Positions 1 through 8,933 are shown, counted from the first letter of the stretch. The stretch: DNA of 64,000 nt from Vulcanimicrobiota bacterium (GCA_963833095.1 CAWHWQ010000005.1:576023-640022), one strand, 5' to 3'. The notes: generated by a model not told the origin, from the sequence alone. Made by a program: numbers and translations.

Positions 1-75
1 TCGCCGTCGATCTTCACCCACTCGTGCTCTTTGCTGTACAACAGGTTCTCGGGTTGCGCCACGCTGATCTCTCTC

Positions 76-1179
76 CTATTTTGGACGTTTATAAAATGGT
101 AGAGGCACGATGGTCGCCTCGTGCCGCGTTCCGCGAATGTCGACCTCGACGGTCGCGCCGACGGTTGCAGCTTCCTTGGGAAGCAACGCGGTCGCAATGT
201 TCTGGCCGCCGACGGACGGCCCCATCGAACCGCTGCGAATTTCGCCGACAGGCTTCCCGTCGTAAGAAACTACGTAGCCTTCGCGCGCCGGGGCACGACC
301 CTTCATGATCAGGCCGGCGATGCGCGGATAGTCGTCACGCTCCATCTGCTCGACGAGCACGCTGCGCCCGATGAATTCCGGCTTGCTGGTTTTGAGCGCC
401 CACTGCAGTCCCGCCTGCACGGGCGTGATCTCCTCGGTCAACTCGTGACCGTACAGCGGCATGCCCGCTTCCAATCGGAGCACGTCGCGCGCACCCAGCC
501 CGCAAGGCTCGAGTCCTTCGGCAACATTGTCGCGCAGGAGCTTGCTCCAAACCTCCGGTGCGTGCTCGCCGAAAACGAAAAGTTCAAAACCGTCCTCACC
601 GGTGTAGCCGGTGCGTGCGATCACCGCCGGACGACCGTAGACGTTGCCTTCGGCGCAAAAGTAATATTTCAAACCGGCAAGATCCACGTCGACGTGCGGC
701 TGCAACATCGCGAGCGATTTCGGGCCCTGTATCGCAATGAGCGCGTTACGGCCATGAAGGTTCTCCAGACGGACGCCCTCGGCAAGGTTAGCGTTGAGAT
801 GGGCCCACATCTTATCGGCGTTGGCGCCGTTAACGACCAAAAGCCAACGCTGGTTCAAGCGATAGAAAATCGTATCGTCGTGCGCACCGCCCTGCGCGTT
901 GCAAAAAATGTTGTAGCGCGCTTGCATCGGCTTCATCGACTCAACCGCATTGATCGTCAGCGTCTCGGCCCACGGCGCGACGTTCGGGCCTTCGAGCAAA
1001 AACTGGGCCATGTGCGAAAGATCGAACAGTCCGGCGCGATGACGGACGGCATCGTGCTCTTTGAGAATGCTCGAATACTGCACGGGCATTTCGAAGCCGG
1101 CAAACGGAACGAGGCGCGCGCCATGCTTGCCGTGCTCATCGTAGAGCGCCGTGCGGCGCAACCCGGGCGATGCGCTCAT
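76..1179 (-). CDS. gcvT: Glycine cleavage system T protein (aminomethyltransferase)
   Basis: RTALYDEH..GARLVPFAGFEMPVQY, GLFDLSHM, ARTGYTGEDGFE, GLGARDVLRLEAG, C-terminal PFY. Confidence 0.97.
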   Translation of the reverse strand: MSASPGLRRTALYDEHGKHGARLVPFAGFEMPVQYSSILKEHDAVRHRAGLFDLSHMAQFLLEGPNVAPWAETLTINAVESMKPMQARYNIFCNAQGGAHDDTIFYRLNQRWLLVVNGANADKMWAHLNANLAEGVRLENLHGRNALIAIQGPKSLAMLQPHVDVDLAGLKYYFCAEGNVYGRPAVIARTGYTGEDGFELFVFGEHAPEVWSKLLRDNVAEGLEPCGLGARDVLRLEAGMPLYGHELTEEITPVQAGLQWALKTSKPEFIGRSVLVEQMERDDYPRIAGLIMKGRAPAREGYVVSYDGKPVGEIRSGSMGPSVGGQNIATALLPKEAATVGATVEVDIRGTRHEATIVPLPFYKRPK

Positions 1180-1634
1180 GATTGCTTCGGCGCCTCCTCG
1201 GGATAGGTGTTGAGAAAGTTGAGCGTCGTGTGCGCAACGAGCTTGCCGTTACTCTTCACCTCGACCTCGCCGTAGCAAATTCGACGGCCGGCGCGCAGCA
1301 CGCGTGCCTCGGCGATTAAGTCGTGCGGCGGTAACGCCGGGGCGAGGAAGTTACACTGGAGTGACACCGTGACCGTGTCTTGCTCGCGACCGTAGATCGA
1401 TGAGAGCGCGACATAAAACACGGTATCGCACAGGCTCACGATCGCGCCCCCGTGCACGGCGCCGGTCCCGTTGGCAATTTCCGGACGATACGGCATGCGC
1501 ATCGTGGCCTTCCCATGCTCGACGCTCTCGAGCTTGAGATCCAGCAGCGCGACGAAATGCGACTTCTCTTTTTCCCAGCGGTGCGGAGCCGAGGTGAAAT
1601 CAGGATGCATACGATCCTTAGAATACTGGGCCAT
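1176..1634 (-). CDS. PaaI-family thioesterase
   Basis: NGTGAVHGGAIVSLCD hot-dog-fold motif; start taken at ATG 1634 (MAQYSK), overlapping the speE end. Confidence 0.85.
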   Translation of the reverse strand: MAQYSKDRMHPDFTSAPHRWEKEKSHFVALLDLKLESVEHGKATMRMPYRPEIANGTGAVHGGAIVSLCDTVFYVALSSIYGREQDTVTVSLQCNFLAPALPPHDLIAEARVLRAGRRICYGEVEVKSNGKLVAHTTLNFLNTYPEEAPKQS

Positions 1635-2505
1635 CGGCCGCCAACGCACGACGAAGGTAAAGGGGTAGCGAGAACAGCCGCCGGTGCGTCTGTCCGTCGT
1701 AAAAGAAGTTCTCACCGCGCAGCTGCGCGCAATACGCATCGACCGCGGCGGGATCAAGTCCCGCCAAGTCGACGCTGTCACTGCAGGCCAGGAACGCCCA
1801 ATCGGTATCGAAAGCGGGAACGTAGGTGAAGAACGAGGTGACGTGCTTGTAATGCCGCCGCAGTGTACGCGACATCTTGCAGTGCAGCGAGTAATTGTGA
1901 AACGCCGCCGTGCTAGCTTGCAGCACGTAGACGCCGCCGTCGGCCAAACGTGACTTGATCAGACGAAACACCTCTTCGTTGAAGAGGAGGTTGCTCGGCG
2001 AGTCTTCCAGCGGCTCGGTGAGATCCGAGATGATCACGCCGTATTTCTCGTCGTGTTCGCGCATGTAGGCAAGCGCATCCCCGATGATGACGTTCGCGCG
2101 CGGTTCATCGAAGGCGCCGTCCCCCCATTCCGGCAGAAATTTCTTCGAAAGATCGACCACGAGGCCGTCGATGTCGACCATCGTGCAACGCTTCACGCCG
2201 GGATGGCGCAACACGTCCCGCAACGTTGCGCCCTCTCCGCCACCGAGAATGAGGACCTCGCTACGATCTAAGGCACCGGCCATTGCCGGGTGCACCAGCG
2301 ACTCGTGATAAATCTTCTCGTCGCCTTGCGAACTCTGCGTATCACCGTCAAGGATGAGCATTTTGCCGAAAACCGGAGTCGAAATCACCGCGACCTGTTG
2401 AAAATCAGAACGTCCCGAAAAAAAGACGTTCTCAATCGCGTGGTGGTGGGCTTCGGTCGGGGCGGACTCCTCGACGTACCACTGCCAGTGTTCGGTTTTC
2501 GGCAT
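1618..2505 (-). CDS. speE: Spermidine synthase (polyamine aminopropyltransferase)
   Basis: FGKMLILDG, YHESLVHPAM, VLILGGGEGATLR, VDID, IISDLTEP; downstream of speD. Confidence 0.93.
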   Translation of the reverse strand: MPKTEHWQWYVEESAPTEAHHHAIENVFFSGRSDFQQVAVISTPVFGKMLILDGDTQSSQGDEKIYHESLVHPAMAGALDRSEVLILGGGEGATLRDVLRHPGVKRCTMVDIDGLVVDLSKKFLPEWGDGAFDEPRANVIIGDALAYMREHDEKYGVIISDLTEPLEDSPSNLLFNEEVFRLIKSRLADGGVYVLQASTAAFHNYSLHCKMSRTLRRHYKHVTSFFTYVPAFDTDWAFLACSDSVDLAGLDPAAVDAYCAQLRGENFFYDGQTHRRLFSLPLYLRRALAADGPVF

Positions 2506-2570
2506 AGCGGGCACCAGCCTTCGCCATAGGCAAAGGGCACCCCCCCGAGAAGCGATGGGCCTGGAAACTG

Positions 2571-2602
2571 AAAAGAGCCGCTGCATCCTGCAACGGCTCT
2601 TT
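2571..2602 (-). terminator. Intrinsic terminator after speD
   Basis: Minus-strand hairpin AAAGAGCCGTTGCA-GGA-TGCAGCGGCTCTTTT ending in a U-run. Confidence 0.7.
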
Positions 2603-2627
2603 GATGGTTCCCTCGAGGGTTTGAGTG

Positions 2628-3038
2628 TTACGCGGAGAGCGCGGTCGTTTCGTGATCGCGAGTAACCACGTGCGTGAAGCTCCCACCCGCTTGCGCGATT
2701 CCGCGCTTAACTTCCGTCGTCAACATGGTCTTGGCATTGAGTATTTTCGCTGCGTACTCGCAAGCGAGCCACGGATCGGTATGATCACCGCACGTGTAAA
2801 AATCCATTGCGGCATAGCCGGTCTCGGGCCACGTATGGATCGAGATGTGCGACTCCGCCAGAACAACCACACCGGAGACGCCCTGCGGCTCAAACCGGTG
2901 AAACGCGACTTCCATAACCGTCGCGCGCGATGCCTTGGCCGCTCCGATCATCATCTCGCGGACCGCATCGACGTTGGTGAGTGCCGCGCCGTCACAGCCT
3001 GACAACTCACACACGATGTGCGTACCGAGTGCCTTCAA
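2628..3038 (-). CDS. speD: S-adenosylmethionine decarboxylase proenzyme
   Basis: GTHIVCELSGC, F.PQGVSGVVVLAESHISIHTWPE.GYAAMDFYTCG (ES self-cleavage site); TTG start at 3038 with AAGGAG upstream. Confidence 0.95.
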   Translation of the reverse strand: MKALGTHIVCELSGCDGAALTNVDAVREMMIGAAKASRATVMEVAFHRFEPQGVSGVVVLAESHISIHTWPETGYAAMDFYTCGDHTDPWLACEYAAKILNAKTMLTTEVKRGIAQAGGSFTHVVTRDHETTALSA

Positions 3039-3260
3039 TTTTTCCGCTCTCCTTGAGCCTCGGGGGAATCCCACCTCCGGACTTGTCGGCTGGCGCCTGC
3101 TGTGCAGCGTCACGTCCCCGACCTATCGACGAACTCTTGCCGGCGCTTTTCGGTGCACGGGCGATTCGTCGCGATGGCGCGAAAAGGGCGCGCCTACCCC
3201 CTACCGTGGACCTACCGCTTGGGGGATTAACCCAAGCTCAATACCCCAGGTCCGGCGAAC

Positions 3261-3289
3261 ATAATAACCCCCCAGACCCCCCCTGTAAA
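3261..3289 (-). promoter_or_regulatory. sigma70-type promoter for speD
   Basis: Minus strand TTTACA (3284-3289), 17 bp spacer, TATTAT (3261-3266). Confidence 0.65.
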
Positions 3290-3535
3290 CCCCTGGGGGA
3301 TAAGAAGTTCTTAATGTTGTTCTTCGAGGCGCCGAAAAGGGGCGGTCCTCAGGATGTGCCGCTCCAAGCCGCCCCTAATTGCCTGGGACAAGTCTACCAT
3401 AGACGGTCAATAACCCGGAAACGTGGTGCTGTGGATGGCCCCTGGGGTGGCCATATCTCCCTTATTTTATTGGCTTTCTGAGCAGTCTTGAGGGGATAAT
3501 CATTCACACCAAGTTCGTCCCCCTATCCATGTCCG

Positions 3536-3565
3536 TTGACTTTACACGCTTACCCCGCTTATAAT
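3536..3565 (+). promoter_or_regulatory. Near-consensus sigma70 promoter
   Basis: TTGACT (3536-3541), 18 bp spacer, TATAAT (3560-3565). Confidence 0.7.
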
Positions 3566-3670
3566 CCCAGCAACACGGAATGAAGAGGCGGCTTTAGCCT
3601 CATTGAAGCCATGCACCCGAAACCCCGTGAAAGTTAGGCGGCGGCCCCAAGGGCCTGCTGCCGCAACGAG

Positions 3671-3883
3671 GTGGTGAATTTGGTGAGCAATGGCATAGAG
3701 CAAGCCCGCGCCGATCTGCGCGAGGCCGAGTACGGCCTACAACTCCTAGACAGCGGCATCGCCGCCAAGGAGCGCGACCTCCAGAACGAGCGCGAGAAGC
3801 GCGAAGTATACGCTCAAAATGTTGAGCTTCGTCGTCAACTGCTACGACAACTTGAATCGACCGCGGCTAAGATAACAAACTAA
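3671..3883 (+). CDS. Small coiled-coil hypothetical protein (~66-70 aa)
   Basis: E/R/Q/L-rich heptad-like sequence; GAGGTG next to several possible GTG/TTG starts; downstream of the 3536 promoter. Confidence 0.6.
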   Translation: MVNLVSNGIEQARADLREAEYGLQLLDSGIAAKERDLQNEREKREVYAQNVELRRQLLRQLESTAAKITN

Positions 3884-3908
3884 TATAGAGAAAGGGGGTG
3901 CAAAACCG

Positions 3909-3941
3909 ATGGAACGATTCGTCGGTCCCGTGAGGGACTAG
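3909..3941 (+). CDS. Putative 10-aa micro-ORF MERFVGPVRD
   Basis: SD-like AAAGGGGGTG (3891-3900) 8 nt upstream of ATG 3909; TAG at 3939-3941. Confidence 0.35.
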   Translation: MERFVGPVRD

Positions 3942-3989
3942 GGCTCAATCTTCCATGAACACGCAGTAAGCGCGGAGATTGGGCAACTC

Positions 3990-4062
3990 AAAAACAGAGG
4001 CGACCCGTGCAAGGATCGCCGCTGTTAGACAACCGGGCTGCCGAGAGGCAACACAGAGTCGC
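3990..4062 (-). ncRNA. Predicted cis-antisense sRNA (~70-75 nt) opposite the DUF3892 leader
   Basis: Minus-strand promoter TTGAAG(4092-4097)-17 bp-TACTAT(4069-4074); terminator hairpin ACAGCGGCGATCC-TTGCAC-GGGTCGCCTCTGT plus U-run (3990-4026). Confidence 0.5.
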
Positions 4063-4134
4063 ACCTGTATAGTAGCGTCTCGGCAGCCTTTCTTCAACCA
4101 CGTTCGGCGCACAGCGCCAGAAGGAACGAAGAAA

Positions 4135-4410
4135 GTGCGAGTCCGATTCACGGCGGTCCACCTTGAGGGTGGCACCCGTCACGAACACATTGCCAGCCTG
4201 CAGGCGGTCGATCCCGCCACGGGCCAACCCTACGACGACTCTACGGCGGCATGGGTCGCCTATATCGAACGCGGAGGCACCGGTTTCGTCCACGACCGCT
4301 ATGGTCACGAGATCGGCGTTTACGTAAACCACAATGCCTACATCAAATGGGTTCAAACCATCGCTGACGGCATCTGGACCGACAATCTGTTAGCGTTACC
4401 GCGCTACTAG
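4135..4410 (+). CDS. DUF3892-family protein
   Basis: HEHIASL near the N-terminus and C-terminal VQTIADGIWTDNLLALPRY typical of DUF3892; GTG start with AGAAGGA upstream. Confidence 0.75.
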   Translation: MRVRFTAVHLEGGTRHEHIASLQAVDPATGQPYDDSTAAWVAYIERGGTGFVHDRYGHEIGVYVNHNAYIKWVQTIADGIWTDNLLALPRY

Positions 4411-4422
4411 TGTGTAAAGCGA

Positions 4423-4479
4423 CAAGATAATGAAGATCAGACTTCACAATCTTGACTATAGGGGTCGGCGTGGTACCCT
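4423..4479 (+). promoter_or_regulatory. sufB promoter with overlapping palindrome
   Basis: TTGACT(4452-4457)-16 bp-TACCCT(4474-4479) with an extended TG; inverted repeat CAAGAT..TGAAG/CTTCA..ATCTTG (4423-4454). Confidence 0.5.
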
Positions 4480-4488
4480 CAGAGAGCC

Positions 4489-5970
4489 ATGACTACGCCC
4501 GCCTCGCTCGGCTCGGACGCGCATCCCGCGCTCGGGCTCTCGCAGCCGCCTCGTGCGGAAGCCACACCCGCAGAGCTCCCCGTCTCCGAGGACTATCGCC
4601 ACGGGTTCCACGACACCGAAGAAAACTACGTTTTCAAGTCGGATAAGGGCCTGACACGCGAAATCGTCGAGCGCATCAGCGCCATGAAGAACGAGCCGGA
4701 TTGGATGCGGGAGTTCCGGCTAAAAGCCTACGAGATCTTCATCTCTAAGCCCATGCCGACGTGGGGCGACACCGAACTGCTGAGCGGAATCGATTTCGCC
4801 GACATCCACTACTTTGTCAAGTCGACGGACAAGACCGAACGCTCCTGGGACGATGTGCCCGACGACATCAAGCGCACCTTCGATCGCTTGGGTATTCCTG
4901 AGGCCGAGCGCAAGTTTCTCTCCGGCGTTTCCGCGCAGTACGAATCCGAAGTCGTCTATCACAATGTCTCCAAGGAGCTTGAGGAGCAAGGCGTCTTCTT
5001 CTGCGACATGGATACGGCGATCAAACAATATCCCGAGATCGTGCGTAAGTATTTCGCGACGGTGATTCCGGCCGCCGACAATAAATTTTCCGCGCTCAAC
5101 TCGGCGGTGTGGTCGGGCGGGTCGTTTGTCTACGTGCCACCCGGCGTCGAAGTAAAGATGCCGCTTCAAGCCTATTTCCGTATCAACGCGGAGAACATGG
5201 GGCAATTCGAGCGCACGCTGATCATCGCCGACGAGGGTTCGAAGGTCCACTACATCGAGGGCTGCACCGCACCGAAGTTCTCTACTTCGTCGCTGCACAG
5301 TGCCGTCGTCGAACTGATCGCGCTGGAAGGCGCGTCGATACGCTATACCACGATCCAGAACTGGTACCGCAACATCTACAATCTCGTGACCAAACGGGCA
5401 ATTGCGCAAAAGAACGCAACCGTGGAATGGGTCGACGGCAATCTGGGCTCCAAGCTCACGATGAAGTATCCGGCGATCTACCTCATGGGCGAAGGTGCGC
5501 GCGGCGAGATTCTTTCGATGGCGTTCGCCGGCGAAGGCCAGCACCAGGACGCCGGCGCGAAGGTCATCCATGCCGCGCCGAACACGACGTCGGTGGTGAC
5601 CAATAAGAGCGTGAGCGCGCATGGCGGCAAGACGACGTATCGTGGGCTGGTGGAGATTTTCCCCGGCGCGGTCGGCGCAAAGACGCGCGTACGCTGCGAC
5701 GCTTTGATCATGGACGACCATTCATCGAGCGACACGAAGCCGACGATGAAAATTCACGAACAGCAATCGACTGTCGAACACGAGGCGAGCGTCTCGAAGA
5801 TCGGCGAGGACCAGCTCTTTTATGCGATGTCGCGCGGCCTTTCCGAAGCAGACGCGACCGCGTTGATCGTCAACGGATTCTTCGACTTCTTCGTCAAGGA
5901 GTTGCCGATGGAATACGCGGTCGAGTTGAACCGTCTCGTCAAGATGGAGATGGAAGGCGCCGTCGGCTAG
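4489..5970 (+). CDS. sufB: Fe-S cluster assembly protein SufB
   Basis: [75 protein letters not shown]. Confidence 0.97.
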   Translation: MTTPASLGSDAHPALGLSQPPRAEATPAELPVSEDYRHGFHDTEENYVFKSDKGLTREIVERISAMKNEPDWMREFRLKAYEIFISKPMPTWGDTELLSGIDFADIHYFVKSTDKTERSWDDVPDDIKRTFDRLGIPEAERKFLSGVSAQYESEVVYHNVSKELEEQGVFFCDMDTAIKQYPEIVRKYFATVIPAADNKFSALNSAVWSGGSFVYVPPGVEVKMPLQAYFRINAENMGQFERTLIIADEGSKVHYIEGCTAPKFSTSSLHSAVVELIALEGASIRYTTIQNWYRNIYNLVTKRAIAQKNATVEWVDGNLGSKLTMKYPAIYLMGEGARGEILSMAFAGEGQHQDAGAKVIHAAPNTTSVVTNKSVSAHGGKTTYRGLVEIFPGAVGAKTRVRCDALIMDDHSSSDTKPTMKIHEQQSTVEHEASVSKIGEDQLFYAMSRGLSEADATALIVNGFFDFFVKELPMEYAVELNRLVKMEMEGAVG

Positions 5971-5989
5971 ACGGGCCTTTTTCTTCTTC

Positions 5990-6493
5990 TTGTTCTCGTG
6001 CGCGTTCGTGCACGGGCGTGCACGTGCGTGGGATCTTGTCTGCGAGGCCGCGATTCCGGCAACGATGGTCGACCGGGTCGACTCCGCGACGGCCTATCCC
6101 GGGATGCTCTTTCGATTTAAAACCACGATCATCGCGCGCATCGACGACGTCCTCGTTCCACAGGGTAGCATTGGCTATGGCATCGTGCGCGAGGTGACCG
6201 CGGCCAGCAATCACGATCGCAACGGCTCCCTCACGCTCGAATTACGCCAGATCGTTTTCGGGAAACACGTCCTGCAAGTCATGGCCGATCCCCGTGAGAA
6301 CTCGCTGTGGGCACCGGCGATGACGTTGACGGAGCGCGCTACGGGCTACTTGCCGATTCCCGGAATCGTTCGCACGGCGGTCAACGAAGTGCGTTGGGGA
6401 AAGAACGTCGTGATCGGCCCCGGCTTTAATTTTCACGTGGTGGGGCTCGGCGATCCGAGGAACCTCGCGCCTTGCCACAAAGTCGGGCAGTAA
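5990..6493 (+). CDS. Hypothetical, probably secreted protein
   Basis: Fills the gap between sufB and the ferredoxin; hydrophobic stretch at the N-terminus; true start uncertain. Confidence 0.55.
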   Translation: MFSCAFVHGRARAWDLVCEAAIPATMVDRVDSATAYPGMLFRFKTTIIARIDDVLVPQGSIGYGIVREVTAASNHDRNGSLTLELRQIVFGKHVLQVMADPRENSLWAPAMTLTERATGYLPIPGIVRTAVNEVRWGKNVVIGPGFNFHVVGLGDPRNLAPCHKVGQ

Positions 6494-6792
6494 TGGAACG
6501 GCGACTGGCGGCAGCGGCCGAGATCCCACCCGGACGCGCGAAGCCCTTCACCGTCGACGGCAACGAGATTCTCGTCTGCAACGTCGGCGGTTCATTTTAC
6601 GCCATTGACGACGTGTGCACGCACGATGGCGGCCCGCTCGACCAGGGCGAACTTGAAGGCTTCTGCGCGATCTGCCCGCGCCACGGCGCGACGTTCGACG
6701 TGCGCACCGGCGCCCCAACGATGCCGGCCATCATGCCTGTGACAACGTATGCGGTTCGCGAGGCGAACGGCGAGCTGTACCTGGACCTTTGA
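6493..6792 (+). CDS. Rieske [2Fe-2S] ferredoxin
   Basis: CTH...CPRHG Rieske ligands; TAATG coupling to the upstream gene. Confidence 0.92.
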   Translation: MERRLAAAAEIPPGRAKPFTVDGNEILVCNVGGSFYAIDDVCTHDGGPLDQGELEGFCAICPRHGATFDVRTGAPTMPAIMPVTTYAVREANGELYLDL

Positions 6793-8891
6793 TGCGTATC
6801 GTCCTTCGCACCGTCGCCATCGTCGTCTTGGCCGTGGTACTCGTCGTCGCGCTCTACGCGGGAAACATTTCCGTCGGCATGCATTCGACCGCGACGGTGA
6901 ACGGCACGATCGCCGGGACCGGCGTCTCGGCGCCCGTACTGATTCTGCGCGACGCCCGCGGCGTGCCGCATATTCGCGCGGCAAACGACCACGACGCCTT
7001 CTTTGCCGAAGGCTACGCCGTAGCCCAGGACCGGCTCTTTCAACTCGATCTCTTGCGCCGCTTCGTCTATGGTGAGCTTTCCGAAGTCCTCGGCAACGCC
7101 GTTGTGGCTTCCGACGAAAAAGCGCGGGTCGTTCCGGTTCGCGCGATCGTCGATGCGCAATGGCAAAAACTCGACATCCGGGAGCGGGCAACGCTGCAGG
7201 CCTTTGCCGACGGCGTCAACGCCGCAATGAAACGCGAGAAGACGCCGGCCGAGTTTCGCATCCTCAACTACGACATGCGCCCATGGCGCCCGCAAGACTC
7301 CCTCGCCGTCTCATTTGCAACCGTGCTCGATCTCACCGACGACTGGAACGATATTGCAGCGCGCATCGGTAACGAGCCGCCGCTGACCGATCCCTGTTAC
7401 GATGCACCCGTCACCGAGGGCCTGGCGCACATGGCCGATCCGGCGCATTGCAGCGCGCAGAGCGCGCGCTCGGCGTTGATTCGCAGCTTGGCCGATACGC
7501 GTCCGCCTATCGGCAGCAACGAATGGGCCGCCGGTGCCGCCCACACGGCGACGCATCGCGCGCTTCTAGCCAACGATCCGCACCTCCACCTCGCTATTCC
7601 GGGCGTGTGGTATTTGGTGGACATGCAGTCGCCGGGATTCCATGTCGCGGGCGCCGCGCTCGTGGGCACGCCGGGCGTGACCCTCGGCCACAACGACCGC
7701 ATTGCCTGGGGAGCGACCAACGGCACCGTTACGGCGCTGAGCGTCTTCGAGGCACCACCTTCGCTCGACGCGACGAAATGGCAAACGGAGACATTTCACG
7801 TGCGCTTCGCTCACGACGTAACCGCGCGCTACTACCGCGGCGCACGCGAATTCGGAGCCACGATCAATGTGCGCGGCGCGCCGCGCTTTGTACTCGTGCG
7901 CTGGAACGCCTATGCGACACCGAGTGCGCCGTTGACCGCATTTAACGGACTCAACCGGGCAAAAACGATTGAGGATGGGCTCGCCGCGCTGCGCACCTAT
8001 CCCGGACCGACCCAGAACTTCGAGCTCGCCGACGTGAGCGGTCGCGTGGCCTATCAACTCGCCGGCGCGATTCCGAACGATCCGCTCTGGTCGCGCGACG
8101 TTCACCCGGCATCCGACCTTGCCAAGCAGTACGCTGCGGTGCCGTTCGAACGGCTGCCCCACGTCGCCGCGTCGCGCGACGCAATCGTATGGACTTCGAA
8201 TAACAAGATGTACGGCGCATCATATCCACTGCGATTGTCGGCCGCATTTACAGCGCCGTGCCGCGCCTACCGCGTCGCCCAGTTGTTGCGCGCGCGCAAG
8301 ACGTACGACATCGCCTACTTCGCCTCGATGCAGATGGACACGCTCTCGGTCTGCGAACGCGCGCTTACCGCAAACGTTCCCGCGCTGATGGCCTGGAGCG
8401 GTCGCTTCACTCCCGATTCCGAGGGCGCGACCCAGGCATATCACCTTCGCCTTGCATTGGTTCGGGAATTCGGTTGGATGAGCGCGGCGATGATCGACTC
8501 GCGCGCAAAGCCCAGTGCCGTCACGGCATTGAGTGCGATCACCGACCCGTCGCCGCAGCCCTGGGGAAGAGCGGGGGCCGTCCAGGTGAAGCATCCCCTC
8601 GCCGCACTGGGCTTTTCGTTCTTAAACGGCACGACGTTTGCCGGGAACGGCGATGCCTATACGGTGCACGTGCAAAATTACGGCTTCTCGCAGAGTTTCC
8701 GGGCGGTGTGGGACATCGGGAACTGGGATGCGGGCGGCATCACCATCCCCCAAGGCGAGTCAGGGCGGCCCGGCAGCGGCCACTATACCGACGAGGCGGC
8801 TGACTGGGTTGCCGGTCGCCTCCTTGCCTTACCGTACTCGGATTCCGCGGTCGACCGGGCGGCGGTAGATCGCCTTACCCTTGCGCCCTAG
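6792..8891 (+). CDS. Penicillin acylase family (S45) Ntn-hydrolase
   Basis: N-terminal TM; RDARGVPHI, AQDRLFQ, GSNEW (catalytic Ser), LANDPHL, GESGRPGSGHYTD. Confidence 0.92.
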   Translation: MRIVLRTVAIVVLAVVLVVALYAGNISVGMHSTATVNGTIAGTGVSAPVLILRDARGVPHIRAANDHDAFFAEGYAVAQDRLFQLDLLRRFVYGELSEVLGNAVVASDEKARVVPVRAIVDAQWQKLDIRERATLQAFADGVNAAMKREKTPAEFRILNYDMRPWRPQDSLAVSFATVLDLTDDWNDIAARIGNEPPLTDPCYDAPVTEGLAHMADPAHCSAQSARSALIRSLADTRPPIGSNEWAAGAAHTATHRALLANDPHLHLAIPGVWYLVDMQSPGFHVAGAALVGTPGVTLGHNDRIAWGATNGTVTALSVFEAPPSLDATKWQTETFHVRFAHDVTARYYRGAREFGATINVRGAPRFVLVRWNAYATPSAPLTAFNGLNRAKTIEDGLAALRTYPGPTQNFELADVSGRVAYQLAGAIPNDPLWSRDVHPASDLAKQYAAVPFERLPHVAASRDAIVWTSNNKMYGASYPLRLSAAFTAPCRAYRVAQLLRARKTYDIAYFASMQMDTLSVCERALTANVPALMAWSGRFTPDSEGATQAYHLRLALVREFGWMSAAMIDSRAKPSAVTALSAITDPSPQPWGRAGAVQVKHPLAALGFSFLNGTTFAGNGDAYTVHVQNYGFSQSFRAVWDIGNWDAGGITIPQGESGRPGSGHYTDEAADWVAGRLLALPYSDSAVDRAAVDRLTLAP

Positions 8892-8904
8892 GCGGCGAAT
8901 GCCG

Positions 8905-8933
8905 TTGACACTGGGCGCGGCCCCTGGTACTGT
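8905..8933 (+). promoter_or_regulatory. sigma70 promoter for rplU
   Basis: TTGACA-17 bp-TACTGT, 9 nt before the ATG. Confidence 0.7.

Noticed and set aside
3039..3255. Canonical SAM-I riboswitch upstream of speD
   Set aside because: The AUC/GAU P1, AGA and GCAACC/GUGC core elements are not recognisable in the right order; kept only as a candidate new leader.
3220..3530. Possible oriC: GGGGATAA/TCATTCACA-like words, a short AT-rich run and a gene-strand switch
   Set aside because: No perfect TTATCCACA box, no dnaA/dnaN nearby, no clear DnaA-trio run; GC skew cannot be judged from this window.
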